Part shown: piece by piece, positions 18,851 through 28,427 of the stretch
Numbering within the stretch: the stretch's first letter is position 1
Layout of the letters: each line of letters opens with the position of its first letter
From: Candidatus Thorarchaeota archaeon
Lineage (GTDB): Archaea > Asgardarchaeota > Thorarchaeia > Thorarchaeales > Thorarchaeaceae
Assembly (NCBI GenBank): GCA_016933575.1
Contig: JAFGAR010000160.1
Coordinates: 1 to 46,424 of the forward strand
Length of the DNA stretch: 46,424 nucleotides
Reading direction: 5' to 3'
Position numbers and translations under genes: made by a program
Notes under the pieces: model-generated
Databases searched by the model: none
Told to the model about the DNA's origin: nothing
What the model saw: the letters and a program-made list of their open reading frames with translations, nothing else

Positions 18851-19459
18851 ATGGTGAAAGTGGTCCTATCAGGGTTTGAACCATTCGATGGATACTCAAT
18901 TAATCCTTCAGAAGAGCTAGTGAGAATGCTTGATGGTAAGAAAATCACCACGCATGAGATCCGTGGCATAGTGCTACCCCTCGATTATGGAAAAGCTGAC
19001 AAACTACTGAAGGATTTCGTAGCCAAAGAGAGACCAAGGTATGTGATCTGCTGCGGACAGGCTAACCGTCCCATCATAACCTTGGAGTACGTTGGGTTGA
19101 ACATTCTGAATACCGAGAGAGAGGACAACTACGGATACAAACCCACATCCCACATTATAGATCCATCTGCTCCTGCAGCGTACTTCTCCACAATTGATCT
19201 ACATAGTATTGTAAGAAAGCTGAAGGATAATGGCATTCCTTCTGGGGTCAGCTATCATGCTGGAACCTATGGGTGCAATTGGATACTCTTCACTATGCTT
19301 CATTGGTTGTCAATGAGCAATATTCAAGCAAAGGTGGCATTCGTTCATGTACCACCCCTGCCTGACCAGTCTATAGAGAAGAACGATGCCTCGCTAGCCA
19401 CTATGCCTCTAGGTGTCCAGGTAGATGCGTTGCGGATAATCATCGAGTCGCTTCACTGA
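18851..19459 (+). CDS. pcp: Pyroglutamyl-peptidase I (C15)
   Basis: GFEPF..NPS, catalytic Glu (TLEYVG), AGTYGCN (Cys), FVHVP (His). ATG 18851 preferred. Confidence 0.93.
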   Translation: MVKVVLSGFEPFDGYSINPSEELVRMLDGKKITTHEIRGIVLPLDYGKADKLLKDFVAKERPRYVICCGQANRPIITLEYVGLNILNTEREDNYGYKPTSHIIDPSAPAAYFSTIDLHSIVRKLKDNGIPSGVSYHAGTYGCNWILFTMLHWLSMSNIQAKVAFVHVPPLPDQSIEKNDASLATMPLGVQVDALRIIIESLH

Positions 19460-20205
19460 ATGTCCTGCTTCTGCCATATTTGTGGGAATGCCTTCAGAAC
19501 AGCGACTGCTATGATTAGACTGATGATGATCGCTATAGTTCTCTCAAAGAGCATCAAGGGGAATGCCACGAAACCGAAAAATGCAGGTGGCAGATGCAGG
19601 ATATAGACTGCACCCAATGTCATCATGGAGAACTCAGTAATCGTTCCAATAAGTAGGAAGGGGATCAGTTTGAGAATCCCTCGCTTACTGATGTCACCAA
19701 TTTCCAATTGTGTATCTGTCAGCTGAAGACCCAAGGCGACAAATAGTGCGAGTACGTAGTAGAGGACAAACCACCAAGCTAGATGGTTCTCAATCTCATA
19801 CAGGATGATTATCATGTAGATATATCCAGCTGTCAACCCAGATGCAGGAATCCATTTTCCGCGGATTTGCGGTGTTGCACAAAGGCCTGTAAGTAGTCCT
19901 GAGATACCCGGTCCAAGAATCATTATTGGTATGACCTGGAAGAGACCACCTGAACCACCGATAAGGAAGACAATCACACCACCGACCAAGCCGAATAGAC
20001 TACCTCGCCAAGGTCCTAGCAGAACACCGAACAGTGGTGCTATGACTAGTGTTAGACTTATCGATGCTGTGGCACCGATGAAGACGCTAATTGGAATCAA
20101 AGAGCCCAAGCCATAGAGAGCTGCCAATATAGCTCCTATAGCAAACATAGTTGTGTCCGAACGACCCTCAACATAGGTGAGGTCAAGGCTATCGCTATCA
20201 CTCAT
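19453..20205 (-). CDS. ECF transporter S-component-like membrane protein
   Basis: AIGAILAALY, APLFGVLLGPWRG signature; multiple TM helices. Substrate unknown. Confidence 0.7.
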   Translation of the reverse strand: MSDSDSLDLTYVEGRSDTTMFAIGAILAALYGLGSLIPISVFIGATASISLTLVIAPLFGVLLGPWRGSLFGLVGGVIVFLIGGSGGLFQVIPIMILGPGISGLLTGLCATPQIRGKWIPASGLTAGYIYMIIILYEIENHLAWWFVLYYVLALFVALGLQLTDTQLEIGDISKRGILKLIPFLLIGTITEFSMMTLGAVYILHLPPAFFGFVAFPLMLFERTIAIIISLIIAVAVLKAFPQIWQKQDIQ

Positions 20206-20319
20206 GATCTTTACCTCTATGCTATGGGGTCATCCCACAGCCAAATTCATTCCCTTATGATAGTTGTGATTGCATTACAAAATCCGTACACTTCTAACAC
20301 CAAACAGAGTTCAGTGCTT

Positions 20320-21579
20320 TCAAGGTTCATCCGACAGATGTAGTGCGATATTGGCAATTGTCCCTTGTTTCCAATCATCAGGAACTCGGTTCTCGAACCA
20401 GAGATAACCTCCAAAATCCTCCAGGAGTCTCATGACGATGCTAAGCCCTAATCCAATGCCATCGGTACTCTCTGTTAGGAATCTACCAGACATTTTTGGT
20501 TTAAGCTCTTCAGGCATACCCATTCCTTTGTCAATGATTCCGACCCGTATGATGTTCGAGTCAGATTTCCATTCGTCTATCTCAATTACGATTTCATCAT
20601 CTCTATCATTCATAGATTTTATGGCGTTTGTTATCAAGTTTTGAAACACATCATGAAGAAGTTCATTGGCAAGGACATGGTGCTGTTTCTCTGATCGCGA
20701 TTTAACTTGAATATCCAGCTTCTTCTCTGGGAATGCCGTTCTGATAGTTGAGATGCTCTCTGCTATTGTGCTTTCTAGATTACATGGTTCTAGATCTTTG
20801 TCTCCTTTTGCAGTCAACACTCGTCTTACTCGATTTAGGAGGTTACTCGCAAAGCTTGCTTGATTCATAGCATCCTGCAGGATGGGGTATAACTTTGAAT
20901 GGTCATCCCATTTCATTTCCATCAGTTCTAATGCTATTGATAAATTTCCAATTGAACCCCGAATATCATGAAACAGTAAATCAAGAAGGAGGTCCGATCT
21001 CCTTCTTGCGCGATTACTATCTTCAAGTAGCATCGCATGCTGAATCGATAGACGCAGTGGAATGACAAACTCTCTTACAGCTTCTAGATATCTCTCTATT
21101 CTATCTGGTATTATTACGTTACTCACTTCAATGACCATTCGTGGAGTTCCTTCTAGGGTATAGAATAGAATTGACTTAGCATCTAGCTCATCGAGATGGT
21201 GTTTAATTTCATTACTAATGGATCTGTCAGGATTATGTATGTTGTAGTAGATTTCACCTTGCTCGACCACATAATTATAGAAATCATTGTTGACAAGATA
21301 CCTTGGAACCCATTTGCTTTGATTCACGAAGTATCGCAATGAGAAGAGTTCCCAAATACCGCTATGAAATTCTATAGCTAGTGAAGGTATTCCTCCCGTG
21401 AGTGTTGCTATTTCTTGCAGGATGGCTGCTAGGACGGTATTTGGATCAGAGCTTCTGAGAAGCTCGCCAAGGATGTATCGAAGCTGCGTGTAGTAGATTG
21501 AATTTCGCTCTAATTCACGCTGCTTTTCCTCTAGCTGTGGATCGTTTTTTGAGCTATCTTCTTTATGTCCTCCGCTCAC
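20320..21579 (-). CDS. Soluble sensor histidine kinase (coiled coil + GAF-like + HisKA + HATPase_c)
   Basis: H-box LFHDIRG, N-box FQNLITNAIK, G1 DKGMG, G2 GIGLGLSIV; no TM segment. GTG 21579 overlaps the upstream TGA (ORF track start 21594). Confidence 0.92.
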   Translation of the reverse strand: MSGGHKEDSSKNDPQLEEKQRELERNSIYYTQLRYILGELLRSSDPNTVLAAILQEIATLTGGIPSLAIEFHSGIWELFSLRYFVNQSKWVPRYLVNNDFYNYVVEQGEIYYNIHNPDRSISNEIKHHLDELDAKSILFYTLEGTPRMVIEVSNVIIPDRIERYLEAVREFVIPLRLSIQHAMLLEDSNRARRRSDLLLDLLFHDIRGSIGNLSIALELMEMKWDDHSKLYPILQDAMNQASFASNLLNRVRRVLTAKGDKDLEPCNLESTIAESISTIRTAFPEKKLDIQVKSRSEKQHHVLANELLHDVFQNLITNAIKSMNDRDDEIVIEIDEWKSDSNIIRVGIIDKGMGMPEELKPKMSGRFLTESTDGIGLGLSIVMRLLEDFGGYLWFENRVPDDWKQGTIANIALHLSDEP

Positions 21580-22594
21580 TGATAGACTCCCCATTTATCT
21601 CTGGATTCGGATATTTTCTGAAGTACATTATCTGGAACTGCGCTTGGGATATCTCCATGGTGGTCACATATGATATACCCCCCGCCAGATGCTGCCTCAT
21701 CAATGCATCTTTTGACCTCTGATTCAGCTCTTTCTTCGCTCCAATGAGTCATTGAGATATTGTCCAGATTTCCAATTAGAATCAGTTTCTTTCCATATTT
21801 CTGCTTTATTTCCCTGAGATTATCTGAATTGGATACAACAATTCCGGGAACTCCAACCTGCTCGATCAATGTAGGTATTAGTGTGGGAGTTTCACTACCC
21901 GCCATTGCAAATACAGCAGCTCCGTTTACAGATTTGTAATATTTCTTATCAGCTGCAAGGGACAGATGTTTGTACTCTGTCAACTTCATAATATGAGTTG
22001 ATGAAACAGGGTTGAAGAATGCTAACGCATGGAGTCCATCCTCGAAAAAGCTATTGGATAGATCAAGAGTATAATCGACTAAGTATTCTACGATTTGCTT
22101 TGCAATATCGGGTGTGTCTACGATGCACTCCATCCATGTTTCAAATCCAAATAACATCACTGGTAATGATAGAGGTGCGATTACTGCTGTAATAATGGGA
22201 ATCTCGGAACCTTTCTTCTCTACCATCATTCGATGTGCTTGGTGGACTATATCAAAGGTATGATGGTCGCTATCAGGTAGCTCAGCAGCAAGAAGTGCTT
22301 CTCCAGAGTCAAAGACAGGTCGTCCTGATTCAGGAGGACCGAACTGCTTGTGTAGTGTTTCTCCCCCAAATGCTTCGTACTCCTTAGCGGCATAGAAGAA
22401 TGGGTAAAGACAATCATGCTGAAATCTCTCCTGCAGGAGAATCTGGCCTTTTACTACATTCTCTGCATTTCCATAGTACTCATGCGAACTCATTCAAGTA
22501 TCTTTGCACCATGCTGAGTCATCAAGAGGAAGAGTGGAACCTTATCTGGCTCTTCAAAACTGACCGCTTTTACAAACCGTTCCAGAGCTTTCAC
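21576..22594 (-). pseudogene. UroD/MtaA-family protein, split by a 1-nt frameshift near 22494
   Basis: GTG 22594 gives MKALERFVKAVSFEEPDKVPLFLLMTQHGAKILE* (typical ER...PD.VP start of this family). The remainder (LIGNLD, GGGYII) continues from ATG 22493 in another frame. May be an assembly error rather than a true pseudogene. Confidence 0.8.
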
Positions 22595-23241
22595 TAGTGC
22601 TCCACTCCTACAAGATGCATACATTCTCTCGCAACGACGAGTGCAGTAGGTGCTGATGCATCAGCTCCTGTATGTTCGAACAGCTCGGGATCTATTGTGA
22701 AAGGAGCTCCTCCTACGAGAAGCTTGGGTTTCTTAGTCCATTTTGATGCGTCTATGGATTCCTTCAGCTTTTTTAGCTGCAGAACTGAGTTCATCATTAG
22801 CGCGGATACAGCTATAATATCCGCATTGTATTCTTGAGCATTTGATATGAATTTCTCAATGCTTACATTGACCCCAAGATCATACACCGCGAAGAATGGC
22901 ATGAGAAACTTCTTCACTAAATTCTTTCCAAGTGAATGATAGTCATCACTCATTGTCCCAAGAATGATCGTACCCAATTTAGCTGAACCCTCACCATTCT
23001 CATATTCAAAGCGATTGACAACTTCCTCGATAATCCTTGAGGCTACATAGATTATTGTTAGAGGGATTTTTTGAACCATCCACCTTCTATCAAGCTCATT
23101 GAGCATCTTCTCGATTACGATGACCATGTCTCGTTTTTGAAGATTGGCTTCGTCGAACCATCTAATGGTCGATTCTCTAAGGCCAGAGAGAACGAAATCT
23201 ATGACTTTGTCTATTTCTCTATCTGAAACGGGGGAACTCAT
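22594..23241 (-). CDS. Cobalamin (corrinoid)-binding protein
   Basis: Helical cap domain plus DYHSLGKNLV (DxHxxG), SALM and VGGAPF. Confidence 0.93.
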   Translation of the reverse strand: MSSPVSDREIDKVIDFVLSGLRESTIRWFDEANLQKRDMVIVIEKMLNELDRRWMVQKIPLTIIYVASRIIEEVVNRFEYENGEGSAKLGTIILGTMSDDYHSLGKNLVKKFLMPFFAVYDLGVNVSIEKFISNAQEYNADIIAVSALMMNSVLQLKKLKESIDASKWTKKPKLLVGGAPFTIDPELFEHTGADASAPTALVVARECMHLVGVEH

Positions 23242-23383
23242 TGTCCTGAGATTATACCTTTGGCTCTATATCATTCTTTGTGTTTTGAACAATCCAGATG
23301 TCTTCATTCCAGAATGATGCCCGAAATGACTTGGTTTCCTGATAAAGCACCTACTGGAATGTCATTCAAGTCATCTGCAGCGA

Positions 23384-26300
23384 TTATGTTCGATTTCTTG
23401 TCTTCATGATAGTAATGATGATGACTATGACAATGACACCAACACCTCCAACAAGGAGTAGGACTACCAAGATATCATCAGCTGGCGGAGGAGTTTCAGT
23501 ACCTGAAGTATTCGTACCTGTGGTTGTTGTAGAGGTTGATGTATCCGTTGTAGTGGTCGTGGTAGTAGTTGTCGATGTTGTCGATACCGCGGTAATGTTA
23601 ACGAATACAGTGTCATACGCATAGTTCCCAGATTGGTCAAAGATGGTGAGGGTGAAGTTGTATATTCCTACTGAAAGTCCTGTCACATTGTAGCTGAAAT
23701 CACTCCCATCCCAAGAGCTTTCGACAATTGCAGTCCCATCTCTAGTCAGTACAAGAGAGTCAGGAGCTAAATCTGAACAAGTCCAATTGAGGATTACAAA
23801 TTCATTCTCATCAATCTCTTGATTGATATTGCCTGTAATTTCAGGAATAGTCATGTCCCGACCAGTGACCCAAGTTGTGTTGGAAACGGAGTTACCATAT
23901 GCATCAGTAACAATCAGCGTTACATTGTACAATGCGACTTCTGGGTCGAAAACATAGAATAGTTCATTTGAATCCCACACTCCGTTGCTCTCATCTGAGC
24001 CATTCACAAAGATATGATATGTACCATCGTAGTCCCACGGGTCGATATCTGTTACTTGCCATGTGACATTCGCTGTATCACCTAGTTCAGTTTGGAAATT
24101 GCCGTTGCCAACTAGCGTTGGTGCGGTCGTGTCTTCGACAGTGACCCAGACATCGTCTATTGCATAGTTACCTGTTTCATCATAGAAGATCAGAGTAATA
24201 TTCCAAATTCCGATGTCAAGTCCCGCTAGTGTGTATTGTATGTCACCTGAGAATGTTGTGCTGAAGACTTTCAATGAGTTATTCTCATAGATTGAGTAGT
24301 TCTTGGGACTGAGCTCTGTCCAACTCCACGTGACCATATCTGTTTCTCCAGCCTCATAGCTGAAATCGGCTGGTCCAACAAGATTAGGTCCTGTTGAGTC
24401 CTCATAGGTCACAATGCACTCATCCGTCATTGTGTTGCTATAGTCATCCCATGCCACAACCGTAATATTGTGTTCTCCTGGCGTATCGAAATGCAACATG
24501 TAGGAAATATACTCTCCATTAGAATATGGCAGAGACACATCTAGAACGTCATCAAGCCAGATCTCATATTCGTCGTTGTAATGTTCGTTGAGTGTAAAGT
24601 TCACCCATGCATCATCACCAGCTTCAGCGATGAAGTCGTCTGGAAAATCAGGTGAAGTCGGAGCTGTTGTATCTTCTATTGTAACAATGCATGTTGCCTT
24701 CGCTGAATTACCTGCCTTGTCTATCAGAACTATAGTATAGTTATGCTCTCCTACTGGAGGAAAGACATTATCCCAATTCAATGTGAGTGGTGATGCCCAT
24801 GCATTGTTCCAATATGGACCAGCACCATCCATATACGCCCTCTTCAATGCAGGCGTGTCATCGGTTGCCGTGATATTGAACCAGACTCTTTCACCATACT
24901 CGATTGTATAGTCGCTTGTAGCAGAGGTGAATATTGGATCCTGAGTATCTAGTACTGTGACCCAGACTACATCACTCTGAGATCCATATGCACAGGCATC
25001 AAAGACCATAATTTGATATTCGTAGGTTGCAGGGGCCAAACTATCTAATGAGATTGAAATACTGGAATTGCACCAATCGAATTGGCCTTGCGATGTACTA
25101 TTAATCCAAAGTAAGTATGATCCTGGAAATTGATCGTCCGGTTTCCAAGTGAGCCACTTGTCTGTATCAACGTCATTGATGATGATATCTGAAGGGCTGT
25201 CTAGTGTCGGATCTGTTGAATCAGTGAGTAATGATGCGATTGAATCAGTAGATGATGCTGCTCCTGCAATACTATATGGATTACTGGAGAAATCGCTGAA
25301 TTGGTTTGATGTCCAGACATTCTTGGGAGTTGCTGTCCTATCATCCCAGGCAATAAAGTAGTCACACCAGCCTAGATTGTTGTCGGAGATTGTATTATTT
25401 CCTGAATTACTATCAGCTTGAATAGCATAATAGCATTCGAATAGATCATTGTACTCGATAATATTGTTACTGCTTCCATACAACCACAGTGCTACACCAT
25501 TTGCATTTGTAGTGTGATGGATGCTATTTCCAAAGACATGAGCACCTATTACTGTGTGCATCCAGAGATTGTAGTTATACCCACATGAGATGTTATTGTT
25601 CGATATAACGATTCCAGGTGTGCTATAGGGTCGAACACATGTAGAAGCTTGCCAGACAACATTGCTGTCCATGACGATGTTACTACCTGTGGAAAAAGTA
25701 ACACCAGTCCCCTTAACTACAGAGCGAATTTCGTTATTGGTGATCGTTAGATTGTCAGTTTGCTCACAGACAATCCCCCACGAGTTTGAAAGAGAACCGT
25801 CATAGTTTATCCGGTTTATCATGTTCCCAGAAATTGTTACATTTGGGGTTTGGAATAATTCAATTCCTCGGAAACCCGTAATATCAATAATCGTGTTGTT
25901 GATCAAATCTACATGTGGGGTTCCCAGTACTTGAATCCCTTCAGAAGAGCAATCATGAACATCAGTTTGTGTGATGTTGAGATCTTCGCAATTGTCCACA
26001 TAGATTCCTGTTCCAGTTCCAAAGATTTCACAGTTGTAGATTGTACCATTATCCGCATCGTTGAAACGTATTCCATATGAACTACTCGCAGCAGTGAGAT
26101 TAACAATGCAGTTTTGAATGATGAAATGCTTTGTTGTTCCAGTTATATAGATGCCATTGCCTCCTGAGGAGGTTGTCACCGCTACACCATCCAAAATATA
26201 CGGGTCTCCGGGAGTACCTGTACCAGTAAATCCAGCTCCTGTGAAGGCACTATCTCCTGACACAGTAATTGCAGAAGTCACGATTTCCTTCTCATAGGAG

Positions 26301-26410
26301 GGCGTGCTATAATTTACAGATGCTATATCTGATGTACCAGATTGCGTGCTTAGTCCAATGAATAATATCAAAGCTAATACTCCAAGAAAGAGATACCTAC
26401 TATCTTGCAT
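23384..26410 (-). CDS. Membrane-anchored surface protein: beta-helix (NosD/pectate-lyase-like) + tandem Ig-like repeats + Thr-rich linker
   Basis: Signal-like N-terminus, GTGTPGDPYI, Asn-rich beta-helix rungs, six D-T-x-x-P-initiated ~85-aa repeats, poly-Thr, C-terminal TM + KTRNRT. ATG 26410 preferred over 26449. Confidence 0.88.
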   Translation of the reverse strand: MQDSRYLFLGVLALILFIGLSTQSGTSDIASVNYSTPSYEKEIVTSAITVSGDSAFTGAGFTGTGTPGDPYILDGVAVTTSSGGNGIYITGTTKHFIIQNCIVNLTAASSSYGIRFNDADNGTIYNCEIFGTGTGIYVDNCEDLNITQTDVHDCSSEGIQVLGTPHVDLINNTIIDITGFRGIELFQTPNVTISGNMINRINYDGSLSNSWGIVCEQTDNLTITNNEIRSVVKGTGVTFSTGSNIVMDSNVVWQASTCVRPYSTPGIVISNNNISCGYNYNLWMHTVIGAHVFGNSIHHTTNANGVALWLYGSSNNIIEYNDLFECYYAIQADSNSGNNTISDNNLGWCDYFIAWDDRTATPKNVWTSNQFSDFSSNPYSIAGAASSTDSIASLLTDSTDPTLDSPSDIIINDVDTDKWLTWKPDDQFPGSYLLWINSTSQGQFDWCNSSISISLDSLAPATYEYQIMVFDACAYGSQSDVVWVTVLDTQDPIFTSATSDYTIEYGERVWFNITATDDTPALKRAYMDGAGPYWNNAWASPLTLNWDNVFPPVGEHNYTIVLIDKAGNSAKATCIVTIEDTTAPTSPDFPDDFIAEAGDDAWVNFTLNEHYNDEYEIWLDDVLDVSLPYSNGEYISYMLHFDTPGEHNITVVAWDDYSNTMTDECIVTYEDSTGPNLVGPADFSYEAGETDMVTWSWTELSPKNYSIYENNSLKVFSTTFSGDIQYTLAGLDIGIWNITLIFYDETGNYAIDDVWVTVEDTTAPTLVGNGNFQTELGDTANVTWQVTDIDPWDYDGTYHIFVNGSDESNGVWDSNELFYVFDPEVALYNVTLIVTDAYGNSVSNTTWVTGRDMTIPEITGNINQEIDENEFVILNWTCSDLAPDSLVLTRDGTAIVESSWDGSDFSYNVTGLSVGIYNFTLTIFDQSGNYAYDTVFVNITAVSTTSTTTTTTTTTDTSTSTTTTGTNTSGTETPPPADDILVVLLLVGGVGVIVIVIIITIMKTRNRT

Positions 26411-26524
26411 ATGACTCTCTCCCAATTCAACCCGCCATCGGTAAATCATCTAATATTATTTGCGTCTAGCAATCTATGATGAATCTACTTGACTTTCTGC
26501 AGAAATATGAGGATTCTCATCTTC

Positions 26525-26860
26525 TCAATCAATATAGTATTTGGTGGAATTTGAGTAAATCACCATCATTTCCTTTGCTGCGATTTCAAGATGTTCTGTA
26601 GCACGTTCAATCTTAGTTTCCTGAATAAGCGACTCTATTCCGGGCGAAAAGATTCTCCTCATCTGACAATAGGTCGCATGATCATTCAATGCAAATGCAT
26701 ACTCCTTTGATTCAGGACCGAATCTTTCATGTATAGTATCTTTATGTTGGATGATGAAACTGAAACCTTCTACATCTCCTCTTTCAAATGAAATCTGATG
26801 AGCTTGTTTTACCACGCTACTGGTTTTGCTAGGGACGGCTATATTACTGAACTCTTTCAT
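26525..26860 (-). CDS. Hypothetical protein, possible TPR-like remnant
   Basis: Fills an otherwise empty gap; FGPESKEYAFALND resembles a TPR turn. ATG 26860 preferred. Confidence 0.4.
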   Translation of the reverse strand: MKEFSNIAVPSKTSSVVKQAHQISFERGDVEGFSFIIQHKDTIHERFGPESKEYAFALNDHATYCQMRRIFSPGIESLIQETKIERATEHLEIAAKEMMVIYSNSTKYYID

Positions 26861-26989
26861 GGAACTCCCTAAAACTTCGGCTAACCGAGCTTCTAAAAAA
26901 TGTGCTGAATGAGAAATTGGTATTGGCAAAGCATAACTGTTAAAGGTAAGAGGTGTCCCACGCGGCTCAGGTCCGTGGAGGCATTATCC

Positions 26990-28303
26990 ATGAGTGAATC
27001 CGAAACCTTTGACATTGTTATTATCGGAGCCGGAATCATCGGTGTAGCAACGGCTTATTATCTCCAGAAGAATAACCCTGACAAGAAGATACTTCTGCTG
27101 GATCGGAATCTCGCTGCTGGGCAAGCGAACACAGCCATGAGTGCGGCTGCGGTAAGGAACATGTTCGCTTCATCGACCAACCAGCTTTTGACTGATAGTT
27201 CTGTGAAATTCATCGATCATGTGCAGAATGATATCGGCTACGAGCTCCTCTTCGAGAAATGTGGATACCTCTGGCTCCTCAGTGATTCGCAATTCCATGA
27301 TCCAAGTGTACAGATGTGGATGGAACGAATGAAAGCTTCTGGAATTCACTATAAAGTCTACAATAAGGAGGAGCTGAAGGAAATGATGCCCGGACTCAAT
27401 GTGGACTTCTCGAACAGTGAAGAAGCAGAGCTCATGAATCTGAAAGAGGTCAGCTATGGTCTCTATGGTGGCGACTGTGGCGTTTTGGATCCGACACGCT
27501 ATGTCGAGTACTACCTTGACGAATTCAAGAAGATGAGTTCAGTCAAGCCACGATATGGTGTGAATGTCGAGAAGCTAATCCTTGAAGCTGACCCGAAATT
27601 GGAACTCCCAGGTGAACCCTTCGTGTGGCAGGAAAAGAAGGTAGTTGGAGTGAGGACCAATAAGGGAGATGTCAGAGCAGAATGTGTGGTCCTTGCAACT
27701 GGAGCATGGGCTAATGAGCTCCTCGATCCCATTGGAATGGATAGCAAGACGAAATGCAAGAAGCGACAGCTCTTTGTCGTGCATGGTGACAATCAAGGCC
27801 TCAAGCAACTTCTCAGGACCAAAGGCTTCAACGAGATGGAGATGTGCCCGTTCACGATTCTGCCAAGTGCAGGCGTCTATTTCAGACCTCAGATGCAGGA
27901 AGAAGGATTCTGGATTGGATGTGGTGATAAGCTGGGTAGAGCCTACAAGTATATCCAAACGGATGAGGACTACGTACCTGAAAGCTCCTACTATGAGAAC
28001 AGTATGTTCCCAGTACTATCCGCTTACTACCCTGACTTCTCTTCCACCCGTCCAGTCAACAGCTGGGCTGGAGGATATTGCTATTCACCTGATGCTATTC
28101 CATTCGTCTACTATGAGAATGGAGTTCTTGTAGCTAATGGTGCGAGTGGATCAGGCATTATGAAAGCAGATGCGATGGCAAGGATTGCAGATGCTTTGTA
28201 TAGAGGTCTCCCGGAGGCTGAGCTTTTTGGTGGCAAATCGATTCCATCAGAGGCACTCAGCATTAAAAAGCGTAAAGTGGAAATTGAAAGTGTCGTGATT
28301 TAG
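26990..28303 (+). CDS. FAD-dependent oxidoreductase, DAO / sarcosine oxidase beta / proline dehydrogenase family
   Basis: IIGAGIIG, VVLATGAW, WAG.Y..SPD..P, GASGSGIMK. ATG 26990 follows GGAGG. Confidence 0.92.
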   Translation: MSESETFDIVIIGAGIIGVATAYYLQKNNPDKKILLLDRNLAAGQANTAMSAAAVRNMFASSTNQLLTDSSVKFIDHVQNDIGYELLFEKCGYLWLLSDSQFHDPSVQMWMERMKASGIHYKVYNKEELKEMMPGLNVDFSNSEEAELMNLKEVSYGLYGGDCGVLDPTRYVEYYLDEFKKMSSVKPRYGVNVEKLILEADPKLELPGEPFVWQEKKVVGVRTNKGDVRAECVVLATGAWANELLDPIGMDSKTKCKKRQLFVVHGDNQGLKQLLRTKGFNEMEMCPFTILPSAGVYFRPQMQEEGFWIGCGDKLGRAYKYIQTDEDYVPESSYYENSMFPVLSAYYPDFSSTRPVNSWAGGYCYSPDAIPFVYYENGVLVANGASGSGIMKADAMARIADALYRGLPEAELFGGKSIPSEALSIKKRKVEIESVVI

Positions 28304-28427
28304 AATTCGAGGTTATGAAGAAAAGACATTTCTTCGGATTTGCGTTACGTGCATAGTCAATGTAATATTCTGAACCTTATACCTCAGAGTATTTGAATTG
28401 CCTATAATGCATGAGAGGTGAAAAGGC

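Noticed and set aside
20206-20319. TPP or other riboswitch before the ECF S-component gene
   Set aside because: Only one 8-bp hairpin (20221-20241); no conserved aptamer motifs such as CUGAGA.
23242-23383. Canonical cobalamin riboswitch or SECIS
   Set aside because: No GGGAA/GCCACTG B12-box elements, and tandem GA pairs do not align with the stem. Kept only as an unexplained structure.
23500-23590. Tandem DNA repeat
   Set aside because: Low complexity reflects the poly-Thr linker with mixed codons.
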